From Patescibacteria group bacterium (GTDB lineage Bacteria; Patescibacteriota; Microgenomatia; UM-FILTER-40-11), in assembly GCA_035530075.1 (NCBI GenBank), contig DATKVM010000005.1:231006-295005 (forward strand): a DNA stretch of 64,000 bases, read 5' to 3'. Shown here piece by piece: positions 56,336 to 64,000 of the stretch; position 1 is the stretch's first letter; the number at the start of each line of letters is the position of its first letter. The position numbers were made by a program, and so were the translations under genes. The notes below the pieces were generated by a model. It was not told the DNA's origin. It made no database searches and worked only from the letters and a program-made list of their open reading frames with translations.

Positions 56336-56902
56336 ATGAGGGTATTTGTTGCGATTGAGTTGCCCCAAGACTTAAAAGAAAAAATCTTTGCTTTGGCGGA
56401 GAAAGTAAGTCGGGGGATGGCAATTAAACTGGTAGAGAAAGAAAATCTTCATTTAACCCTGGCTTTTTTGGGGGAAGTTCCCGAAGAAAAAGTTCAAGAG
56501 ATAGTGGGGGTTTTGAGGCCCTCTTTTGCCAAGGCTTCGGAGGGTGAAGGATTAAGAAGAGTGGGTAAAATCTGTCTAAGTTTAGGTAAGTGGGAGCCGT
56601 TTCCCAACAAACAAAGGCCTCACGGAATTTGGATTAATGTTGGTGGAGAGACGGGAAAGCTATTTTCTTTGTACAAAAAAATTATTGATGGGCTTTTGGT
56701 GAGGGGATTTATTTTAGAAGGTGAGGACTTACAGTTTTCGCCTCATATTACCGTTGGTCGGCTTAAAAGTGGGGGAGCCAGGTCTTTGGAAAAAGTATCT
56801 CTGCCAGAAAGCTTTGTGGCGGAGAGAGTGACCCTTTTTGAAAGCCGGCTCACCGAAAAAGGGCCGATATATTCCAAAATTGGCGAATTTGGGGTAAAAT
56901 AA
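56336..56902 (+). CDS. thpR: RNA 2',3'-cyclic phosphodiesterase
   Basis: MRVFVAI, HLTL, PHITVGR. Confidence 0.88.
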   Translation: MRVFVAIELPQDLKEKIFALAEKVSRGMAIKLVEKENLHLTLAFLGEVPEEKVQEIVGVLRPSFAKASEGEGLRRVGKICLSLGKWEPFPNKQRPHGIWINVGGETGKLFSLYKKIIDGLLVRGFILEGEDLQFSPHITVGRLKSGGARSLEKVSLPESFVAERVTLFESRLTEKGPIYSKIGEFGVK

Positions 56903-56907
56903 GGCCA

Positions 56908-57570
56908 GTGTTAGATTTTACTGTTTTTGTAAACTTCAAGACTTATCCTCAAGGAACTGGGGAAGATGCCATTAGATTAACCCAAATTTGTCAAGCAGTC
57001 AGTCAGGAGAAAAATCTCCCCGTTATCCCTATTGTCCAAGCGGCCGATTTACATTCCGTCAAAGAAGCGGTCAAAATTCCCGTTTGGGTAGAGCACCTCG
57101 ACCCTCAACCGGCCGGTCCTTTTACCGGCTGGACGGTTTTAGAAACCATTTTAGTTGAGGGTAGCAGTGGCGCTTTGCTTAATCACAGCGAACATCCCTT
57201 ATCTCCCGGAACCGTCAGACAAATTATTAACCGGGCTAGAAAACAATCAAAAAAATTCACTCTCATGGTTTGCGCTAAGACCTTGGGCCAAATGGAAAGA
57301 CTGGTAAAACTTAAACCAGATTTTTTAGCTTATGAAATTAGTGAACTGATTGGCGGGAAAGTTGCCATTACCGATTTTGACTCCAAAGCGATTAAACACG
57401 CGGTTGAAATTAGCGGCGAAATCCCTTTAGTGGTTGGGGCAGGAATCCATAAAGCTGAAGATTTGGTCAAGGCCCGTGATCTTGGAGCTAAAGGAGTTTT
57501 AATCTCGTCGGCCGTTGTTTTGGCTAAAGACCCAAAGGAAAAACTAACAGAGTTGTTAAAATTAATTTAA
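56908..57570 (+). CDS. tpiA: Triosephosphate isomerase (archaeal type)
   Basis: VNFKTY, LNHSE, YE..ELIG, GAGI; 220 aa. Confidence 0.85.
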   Translation: MLDFTVFVNFKTYPQGTGEDAIRLTQICQAVSQEKNLPVIPIVQAADLHSVKEAVKIPVWVEHLDPQPAGPFTGWTVLETILVEGSSGALLNHSEHPLSPGTVRQIINRARKQSKKFTLMVCAKTLGQMERLVKLKPDFLAYEISELIGGKVAITDFDSKAIKHAVEISGEIPLVVGAGIHKAEDLVKARDLGAKGVLISSAVVLAKDPKEKLTELLKLI

Positions 57571-57593
57571 CTTCTGCCCGGGAGGGTAAAGTC

Positions 57594-58028
57594 ATGATCT
57601 ACCTTGGTGCTGACCATAGAGGTTATGGATTAAAGGAAAAGATTAAAACTTGGCTTAAGGGGTGGGAGTATGAATTTGAGGATTTGGGTAATGATCGCCT
57701 TGATTCGGAGGATGACTATCCTGATTTTGCCATCAAGGTCGCCAAAAAGTTAGGTAAGGAAGGAAATTTTGGGGTTTTGGTTTGTGAATCGGGAGTGGGG
57801 ATGGATATTGTCGCTAACCGATTCCCTAAAGTGCGTTGCGGCTTGGGATTTTCTCAACAGCAAATTCGGCTGGCGAAAAGGGATGATAATATTAACTGTC
57901 TGACATTGGCAGCTGATTTTGTCAGTGATGACGACGCCAAAGCCATTATTCAAATCTTTTTGGAAACCCAATTTTCCAAGGGAGAGAAATACTTAAGAAG
58001 GTTGAAGAAGATTGAAAAGATTAAATGA
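57594..58028 (+). CDS. rpiB: Ribose-5-phosphate isomerase B
   Basis: GADHRG, DYPD, C.SGVGM.IVAN. Confidence 0.9.
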   Translation: MIYLGADHRGYGLKEKIKTWLKGWEYEFEDLGNDRLDSEDDYPDFAIKVAKKLGKEGNFGVLVCESGVGMDIVANRFPKVRCGLGFSQQQIRLAKRDDNINCLTLAADFVSDDDAKAIIQIFLETQFSKGEKYLRRLKKIEKIK

Positions 58029-58062
58029 TTGTTTCATTGTTCAATTGTTTCATTGTTAAACG

Positions 58063-59097
58063 GTGATAAAGCTGCCTAAATTAGCCGACTTCGGTTTTAA
58101 AGGGAAAAAAGTTTTAGTCAGAGCGGATTTGGATGCACCCCTCCTTCGTCAAGACTTCGGAGGGCAAGCCCTTATTGAGGATGACGCCCGGATAAAAGAG
58201 TCTCTTCCCACGATAAAATATCTTCTTGAACGCGGCGCTTCGGTGATCCTCATGGGGCATTTGGGAAGGCCAGAGGGGAAGGTGGTTGAAGAACTTCGAA
58301 TGCTTCCTGTAGCCCAGGATCTCAGTTCAAAATTCAAAGTGCAAAGTTCAAAACTACAGTGCAAAGTTCAAAACTTTGATGCTTACAAAATTACTGAAAA
58401 TCTTATTTTATTGGAAAATCTAAGGTTTTACCCAGGGGAGGAGAATAACGATTCGGGATTTGCAAAAGAGTTAGCTTCTTTGGGAGATTTTTATGTGAAC
58501 GAAGCGTTTGCGACCAGCCACCGAGCTCACGCTTCCATTGTTGGAGTTCCCAAACTTCTCCCTCATACGGCCGGGCTACATTTTGCTAGAGAGGTGGAAA
58601 ATCTTTCCAAGATAATTGAAAACTCCCAAAGACCGCTGGTAGTCATTATCGGCGGAACAAAAGCGGAGACGAAGTTGCCAATGTTAGAGGAATTTACTAA
58701 GAAGGCAGATTGGGTTTTAGTGGGCGGAACTCTGGCAAAAGGGAATATCGAAGAAAAGCCGCAGAATGTTTTATCAGCCAACCTAACGAATGATGGTTTT
58801 GATATTAATGAAGAATCAATTGAAAAATTTAGTGGGATTATTAAAGCGGCGGGAACAATAGTTTGGAATGGGCCGATGGGGAAATATGAAGATGAAAAGT
58901 GGGAGGCGGGAACGAGAGAAATTGCCCAAGCGATCACCGACTCGTCAGCCTTTAAGGTTGTTGGTGGGGGAGACACAATTGCCGCCTTGACCAAATTCGG
59001 ACTTCTTGACAAAATGGATTATATAAGCACCGGGGGAGGAGCGATGCTGGAATTCCTGGCTAAAGGAACTTTACCCGGGATTGATGCTCTTAAATGA
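58063..59097 (+). CDS. pgk: Phosphoglycerate kinase
   Basis: HLGRP, LENLRF, HRAHAS, WNGPMG, GGGDT, STGGGA. Confidence 0.93.
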   Translation: MIKLPKLADFGFKGKKVLVRADLDAPLLRQDFGGQALIEDDARIKESLPTIKYLLERGASVILMGHLGRPEGKVVEELRMLPVAQDLSSKFKVQSSKLQCKVQNFDAYKITENLILLENLRFYPGEENNDSGFAKELASLGDFYVNEAFATSHRAHASIVGVPKLLPHTAGLHFAREVENLSKIIENSQRPLVVIIGGTKAETKLPMLEEFTKKADWVLVGGTLAKGNIEEKPQNVLSANLTNDGFDINEESIEKFSGIIKAAGTIVWNGPMGKYEDEKWEAGTREIAQAITDSSAFKVVGGGDTIAALTKFGLLDKMDYISTGGGAMLEFLAKGTLPGIDALK

Positions 59098-60122
59098 TAA
59101 AACTTGCCATTAACGGTTTTGGGAGAATTGGGAGAATTGCCTTTAGACAGGCACTTTTAGACTTTAAGGACGAAATCGAGGTGGTGGCGATTAATACTTC
59201 CGGCTCGATGGAACCAGAAGGTTGGGCCACGCTTTTAAAATACGATTCGGTTTACCGGACTTTCCCTAAAGAAGTTAAAGTGGCGGAGGCGCAAGGTTCG
59301 CGGGAAATCGGCTCGCTTTTAGTGGAAGGGGAACTTTATCCTTTGCTGGCGGAAAGAGAGCCCCTAAAAATTCCCTGGTTTGCTTATGAGCCGGAGGTGG
59401 TGATTGAGTCGACTGGTGCTTTTCGGAAGGCAGAAGAGGCGGAGAAACATTTAAAAGCAGGCGCTCCGAAGGTAATTATTTCCGCTCCTCCCAAAGGTGA
59501 AGGTGTGCCGATATTTTTAATGGGAGTGAACGAGGGAAGATATAAAAGAGAGCGAATTATTTCCAATGGTTCCTGCACGACCAATTGCGTCGCCCCGATT
59601 GTGAAGCTGGTCAAAGAGAAGTTTGGCATTGAGCAGGCGGCTTTGACGACGATTCACGCTTATACGGCGGATCAGGAATTAGTTGACGGTTCTCATAAGG
59701 ATTTGCGTCGGGCGCGGGCGGCGGCTCAAAATGTTATTCCGACCGAAACCGGGGCGGCTGAGTCGGTAATTGCTATCTTTCCTGATTTGAAAGGTAAATT
59801 TGCCGGCTCATCCATCCGGGTGCCAGTTATTTGCGGTTCTTATTCTGATTTAACTTTCAAGGTCCAAAAAAAGGCGACGATTAACGACCTAAATTCTCTT
59901 TTCCAAAAAGCGGCAGAGGGTAGAATGAAAGGAATCCTAGCTGTTACCAGCGATCCGATTGTTTCGGGTGATATTATTGGCAACCCCGCTTCCTCTATTG
60001 TTGATTTGAATATGACCACGGTGGTAGCGGATGATTTTATCCAAGTAGGCGCTTGGTATGACAATGAATGGGCTTATGCCAAGAGACTTTTAGAAGAAGC
60101 AATTTATATTGCCGAAAAGTAA
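59094..60122 (+). CDS. gap: Glyceraldehyde-3-phosphate dehydrogenase
   Basis: INGFGRIGR, SCTTNC, WYDNEW. Confidence 0.95.
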   Translation: MIKLAINGFGRIGRIAFRQALLDFKDEIEVVAINTSGSMEPEGWATLLKYDSVYRTFPKEVKVAEAQGSREIGSLLVEGELYPLLAEREPLKIPWFAYEPEVVIESTGAFRKAEEAEKHLKAGAPKVIISAPPKGEGVPIFLMGVNEGRYKRERIISNGSCTTNCVAPIVKLVKEKFGIEQAALTTIHAYTADQELVDGSHKDLRRARAAAQNVIPTETGAAESVIAIFPDLKGKFAGSSIRVPVICGSYSDLTFKVQKKATINDLNSLFQKAAEGRMKGILAVTSDPIVSGDIIGNPASSIVDLNMTTVVADDFIQVGAWYDNEWAYAKRLLEEAIYIAEK

Positions 60123-60761
60123 ATGGCCGAAATTGTTCCCGCAATTCTCACTTCTGAATTTTCCGATTATGCTGAAAAAATGGATTCCCTGGCGGGGATA
60201 ACGAACCGGGTTCAGGTAGATATTATTGACGGTAAATTTGTCAATAATCAGACCATCAGTATGGAATCTTTAAAAAATATAGAAACCAATTTACAAATCG
60301 ATTTGCATCTGATGGTAAAAGAACCGGAAAGATGGGTTAATCGGGCACTGGAAATTTTGCCGGATAGGTTAATTGGTCAAGTAGAAATGATGTTTGATCC
60401 ATTAAAGTTTATCAATGAAACAGTGGGGGGGGGAATGGGAGTGGGCTTGGCCCTGGATTTAGAAACAGCGGTGGAGACAATCTCGGACGAAATTTATCAT
60501 ATGGTGGACTTGGTCCTGGTCTTGGCCGCTAAAGCCGGTTTCAGCGGTCAGGGATTTAATGAGAAAGCGCTCGCAAAAATTGAGAAAATCAGGAAAATTG
60601 TTGGGGACTTAGTCGATGTGGGAGTTGATTGTGGTTTGGATGAGGAAACTATCCCTCTTTGTCAAAAAGCAGGAGCAAATATTTTTTATGTTACTAGTAG
60701 CTTTTGGCAAACTGAAAATTTAGCCAAGAGATATCAAGAGTTGACAAGCCTTATTGCTTAA
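60123..60761 (+). CDS. rpe: Ribulose-phosphate 3-epimerase
   Basis: VDIIDGKFV, DLHLMV, GFSGQ, VDCG. Confidence 0.85.
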   Translation: MAEIVPAILTSEFSDYAEKMDSLAGITNRVQVDIIDGKFVNNQTISMESLKNIETNLQIDLHLMVKEPERWVNRALEILPDRLIGQVEMMFDPLKFINETVGGGMGVGLALDLETAVETISDEIYHMVDLVLVLAAKAGFSGQGFNEKALAKIEKIRKIVGDLVDVGVDCGLDEETIPLCQKAGANIFYVTSSFWQTENLAKRYQELTSLIA

Positions 60762-60779
60762 GAGTTTAATTACCAGGAA

Positions 60780-61319
60780 ATGATTAAGAACGTCACTTTT
60801 TTTGGTTCCTCGGAAGTCAAACCCGGTAGTCCGGATTATGATGCGGCTTATCAAACCGCCAAACTTTTGGCCCAGGATGGCTTTCAAATTGTTAATGGGG
60901 GCGGGCCGGGAGTAATGCGGGCCTCCTCTGAAGGAGCAAAAGCTGGGGGTGGGAGAGCGGCGGGGGTTTCTTTTAACCCTAAGGATATGACTCATTTCGA
61001 AGGTCGTGATCCTCAAAATCCTCTGGACCAAGAGATTATCGTTGATGATTATGTTTTAAGAACCCTTAAGCTTTTGGAATTGGGTGACGCCTATTTACTT
61101 TTTAACGGGGGGACGGGAACTATTTCTGAGTTTGGTATGGCTTGGGGCCTGGCCCGACTCTATTTCGGCCATCACAAACCTCTGATTTTATACGGCGCTT
61201 TTTGGCATGAAATTTTGGAAGCTTTTGGCCGCAATATGCTGATTCGACCGGAAGAAGTCAGAGTTTATCGCATTGTCACTACTCCTCAAGAAGTCCTGAC
61301 GGAAATTCGTAAACTTTAA
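60780..61319 (+). CDS. LOG family protein
   Basis: FFGSS, NGGGPGVM, GGTGTISE. Confidence 0.85.
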   Translation: MIKNVTFFGSSEVKPGSPDYDAAYQTAKLLAQDGFQIVNGGGPGVMRASSEGAKAGGGRAAGVSFNPKDMTHFEGRDPQNPLDQEIIVDDYVLRTLKLLELGDAYLLFNGGTGTISEFGMAWGLARLYFGHHKPLILYGAFWHEILEAFGRNMLIRPEEVRVYRIVTTPQEVLTEIRKL

Positions 61320-61406
61320 CCAAAAAACTCTTCCATTGCCAAAAAAATCATAACTTTTTCCTTTTGAATTTACCAGAAGAGGAAAAAGTGTTATGATGTT
61401 AATAGA

Positions 61407-62228
61407 ATGATGCCTCTGACTGTTTCTGAACTGGAAGAAAAAAGTAAAAAAATCAGGCGGAGCATCATCGAGATGATTTATCGAGCCGGTTCAGGTCATC
61501 CTGGCGGCAGCCTTTCGGCGACCGATATTTTAGTGGCTCTGTACTTCGGTAATATCTTGAAATTTGATCCCCATTATCCCAAAGCGGAGAAGAGAGATCG
61601 CTTTATTCTCTCTTGTGGTCATGTCTGTCCCGCCTACTACGCCGTCCTGGCCAATTTGGGAGTTTTCAATGAAGGGTTGCTGACAACCTTAAGAGAAAAG
61701 GGTAGTCTCCTTCAAGGGCATCCGTCACTCCTTCATGCTGATTTTTTGGAGACCACCAGCGGTTCTTTAGGACAAGGTCTTTCTTTGGCCGCCGGCAAGG
61801 CTTTGGCTTTAAAACTACGGGGGGAGAAAGAAAAGGTAGTCGTTTTATCTTCTGACGGTGAGCAGAATGAGGGCTCTCACTGGGAGGCGGTTATGTTTGC
61901 GGCTCATCACCGGTTGGACAATCTGAATTTAATTATTGACCAAAACGCTATGCAAATCGGGGGTTGGACCAAGGAAGTTTTAGATCTTCAACCGTTGGTG
62001 GAAAAATATCGTAGTTTTGGTTGGGAGGTTTTCCAAACCAGTGGCCATGAATACTGCCAGCTACTCACGACTTTTAGTAATTTTAATAACCGCCGAAAAA
62101 GCCCCAAGGTAGTTATTTGTCGAACTATCAGGGGCAAGGGAATCTCTTTTATGGAGGGACAGGAAAAGTACCATGCGGCGACTTTGACTGAAGAAGAATA
62201 TCAAAGAGCGGTGGGGGAGCTAGTGTAA
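61407..62228 (+). CDS. Transketolase N-terminal subunit
   Basis: GHPGGSLS, DRFILSCGH, GSLGQG, DGE..EG. Confidence 0.92.
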   Translation: MMPLTVSELEEKSKKIRRSIIEMIYRAGSGHPGGSLSATDILVALYFGNILKFDPHYPKAEKRDRFILSCGHVCPAYYAVLANLGVFNEGLLTTLREKGSLLQGHPSLLHADFLETTSGSLGQGLSLAAGKALALKLRGEKEKVVVLSSDGEQNEGSHWEAVMFAAHHRLDNLNLIIDQNAMQIGGWTKEVLDLQPLVEKYRSFGWEVFQTSGHEYCQLLTTFSNFNNRRKSPKVVICRTIRGKGISFMEGQEKYHAATLTEEEYQRAVGELV

Positions 62229-63161
62229 ATGACCAATGACCGATCGCCAATGGCCAAGTCAATGCGCGATGCCTTTGGGGCGGCAATGTTGGAACTAGGG
62301 AAAGCAAACCCTTCGGTGCTGGCGTTGACAGCCGATTTGGGTCCTTCAGTCAGATTAACCGAATTTGCCCGGGAATTTCCCGAGCGATATTTCAATGTTG
62401 GAGTGGCGGAAGCCAACTTAATCGGTCTGGGGGCAGGGCTAGCCCTAGAAGGCTTTATCCCTTTTTGCGCTTCTTTTGCTGTCTTTGTTTCCGGCCGCTG
62501 TTTCGACCAAATTCGAGTTTCTGTTTGCCAGAATAAAGCTAATGTTAAATTAGTGGGTTCCCACCTTGGTTTTACAAATGCTGGCGACGGGGCGACGGCT
62601 CAAAGTATTGAAGATATTGCTTTAATGCGGACACTGCCTGGAATGACGATTATTTGTCCAGCTGACGCTCGAGAAGTCAAAAAAGCGGTTTTTAAGATGG
62701 CAGAAATTCCTGGGCCAATGTATTTGCGACTTTCTCGGGCAGAAACACCGGTTTTTACTCCGGAAGCGGCAAAGTTCGAAATTGGGCAGGCCCAAGTACT
62801 CCGGGCGGGTAAAAAGGTAACCATTGTTGCTTGCGGCTCCTTAGTTTATGCAGCTTTGGAGGCGGCGGAGAAGATTGACGGAGAAGTAATTAGTCTTTCT
62901 ACAATCAAGCCTTTGGATAAAGAAACGGTTTTGACTTCAGCGAAAAAAACCGGCCGCGTTTTGACTCTGGAGGAACATTCGATTTATGGTGGCATGGGTT
63001 CGGCGGTAGCCGAGTTTCTAAGCCAAGAATATCCGGTGCCGGTAAAAATCATTGGCATCCCTGATGTTTTCGGCGAATCAGCCCGTAGTTACCAAGAACT
63101 ACTTGATAAATATGGCTTGACAACCGAAAATATGGTTAAAATAGCTGATGGCTTTAAATAG
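62229..63161 (+). CDS. Transketolase C-terminal subunit
   Basis: RDAFG, VGVAEAN, GPMYLRL, EEHS..GG. Confidence 0.92.
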   Translation: MTNDRSPMAKSMRDAFGAAMLELGKANPSVLALTADLGPSVRLTEFAREFPERYFNVGVAEANLIGLGAGLALEGFIPFCASFAVFVSGRCFDQIRVSVCQNKANVKLVGSHLGFTNAGDGATAQSIEDIALMRTLPGMTIICPADAREVKKAVFKMAEIPGPMYLRLSRAETPVFTPEAAKFEIGQAQVLRAGKKVTIVACGSLVYAALEAAEKIDGEVISLSTIKPLDKETVLTSAKKTGRVLTLEEHSIYGGMGSAVAEFLSQEYPVPVKIIGIPDVFGESARSYQELLDKYGLTTENMVKIADGFK

Positions 63162-63180
63162 CGTCAATCACTCAAATTAA

Positions 63181-64000
63181 ATGAAAGTGGTTGTTACTTC
63201 AAGAATTCCCCGGGTCGGCATCGATGTTTTGGAAGATGCTGGTCTGGAAGTAGTTGGTAACCCCACCGAAAGACTTTTGAGCCTCTCGGAGTTAAAAGAT
63301 TTTGTCAGGGGAGCGGAAGGTATTTTATGTCTTCTCTTGGACAAGATTAACGCCGACGTAATTCAAGCGGCGGGTGAAAACTTAAAAATTATCGCTAATT
63401 ATGGGGTGGGCTATGACAATATTGACGTTGAAGCGGCTCAAAAAAGAGGGATTTTGGTTACAAATACCCCCAGTGAACTTTCTGGTCAGGCCGTGGCGGA
63501 ATACACGATCGCTCTCATCTTTGCCCTCCTTAAACGAATAGTGGAAGGGGATGAATTTGCTCGGCGAGGTAATTTTGGCGGTTGGAAGCCGGAAATTTTC
63601 TTGGGAGAGAATTTAGAAAATAAAACTTTGGGCTTAGTTGGTTTAGGCCAGATTGGTTCCAAAGTGGCCGCTCTGGCCAAGGGTTTAGGGCTGCGAGTAG
63701 TTTACAACAAGAGAAGCCGGGACTTGGAGGCAGAAAAGGCGATGGGAATAGAATATTTGAGCTTGGAAAATCTCCTGCGCGAGTCGGATATTGTTTCTTT
63801 GCATGTGCCATTGAGTAAGGAAACCGAGCACCTTATAAATAGCGAGACTTTGGAGAAAATGAAGGCCAAAACTTATTTAATTAATACCTCTCGAGGTAAA
63901 GTCGTTGACGAAGGTGCTTTAGTTGAAGCTCTTAAAAGCGGTAAGCTGGCGGGGGCGGCTTTGGATGTTTATGAATACGAACCGCAAATTAACCCCGAGC
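63181..64000 (+). CDS. D-2-hydroxyacid dehydrogenase (glyoxylate reductase-like), 3' partial
   Basis: MKVVVTSRIP, GVGYDNID, VTNTP, GLVGLGQIG, INTSRG, ALDVYEYEP; runs off the window. Confidence 0.9.
   Translation, partial: MKVVVTSRIPRVGIDVLEDAGLEVVGNPTERLLSLSELKDFVRGAEGILCLLLDKINADVIQAAGENLKIIANYGVGYDNIDVEAAQKRGILVTNTPSELSGQAVAEYTIALIFALLKRIVEGDEFARRGNFGGWKPEIFLGENLENKTLGLVGLGQIGSKVAALAKGLGLRVVYNKRSRDLEAEKAMGIEYLSLENLLRESDIVSLHVPLSKETEHLINSETLEKMKAKTYLINTSRGKVVDEGALVEALKSGKLAGAALDVYEYEPQINPE

Noticed and set aside
1-64000. Alternative genetic code (TGA recoded)
   Set aside because: Conserved genes are full length under code 11, and several end at TGA.
1-64000. Reverse-transcriptase systems (DGR, retron, group II intron)
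   Set aside because: No RT-like ORF or template/variable repeat pair was seen.

Overview
Bacterial chromosome segment that looks like Patescibacteria/CPR (Microgenomates-like). The assignment is inferred from the gene set, short hairpin repeats inside and between genes, an archaeal-type TPI, a split transketolase and -10 boxes close to start codons. 1-12.9 kb: core region with a SpoIID-like gene, tmRNA+smpB, comF, four tRNA-Ser and two tRNA-Arg genes, a decayed LAGLIDADG insert, dnaG and rpoD. About 12.9-31.8 kb: accessory array ending at tRNA-Asn(GTT) beside an internally deleted large serine recombinase and an excisionase. In this array about 13 copies of a ~70-120 bp repeat (GTTTAGACCTAATTGGTGGGCGAGGGG..AAGTTAGATTAAGAAAATTCAGCCC..TTCGAACT) separate mostly single-gene cassettes: ArsM, transglutaminase, TopIB, a LexA-linked CBASS, UDG, HD, methyltransferase, NUDIX, AAC(6')-like and ICMT. 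This integron-like array built from tRNA-attachment junctions is the main candidate for an undescribed system. 33.6-44.6 kb: stress-gene island whose promoters share 11-bp-periodic CTTAC repeats, next to an OmpR-family two-component pair. 44.7-64 kb: dinB cassette, arsR-iscS-iscU (IscU carries a 358-aa LAGLIDADG intein at an Fe-S cysteine), korAB, ZIP, and a glycolysis/pentose-phosphate operon. All calls come from reading motifs by eye; no searches were run.
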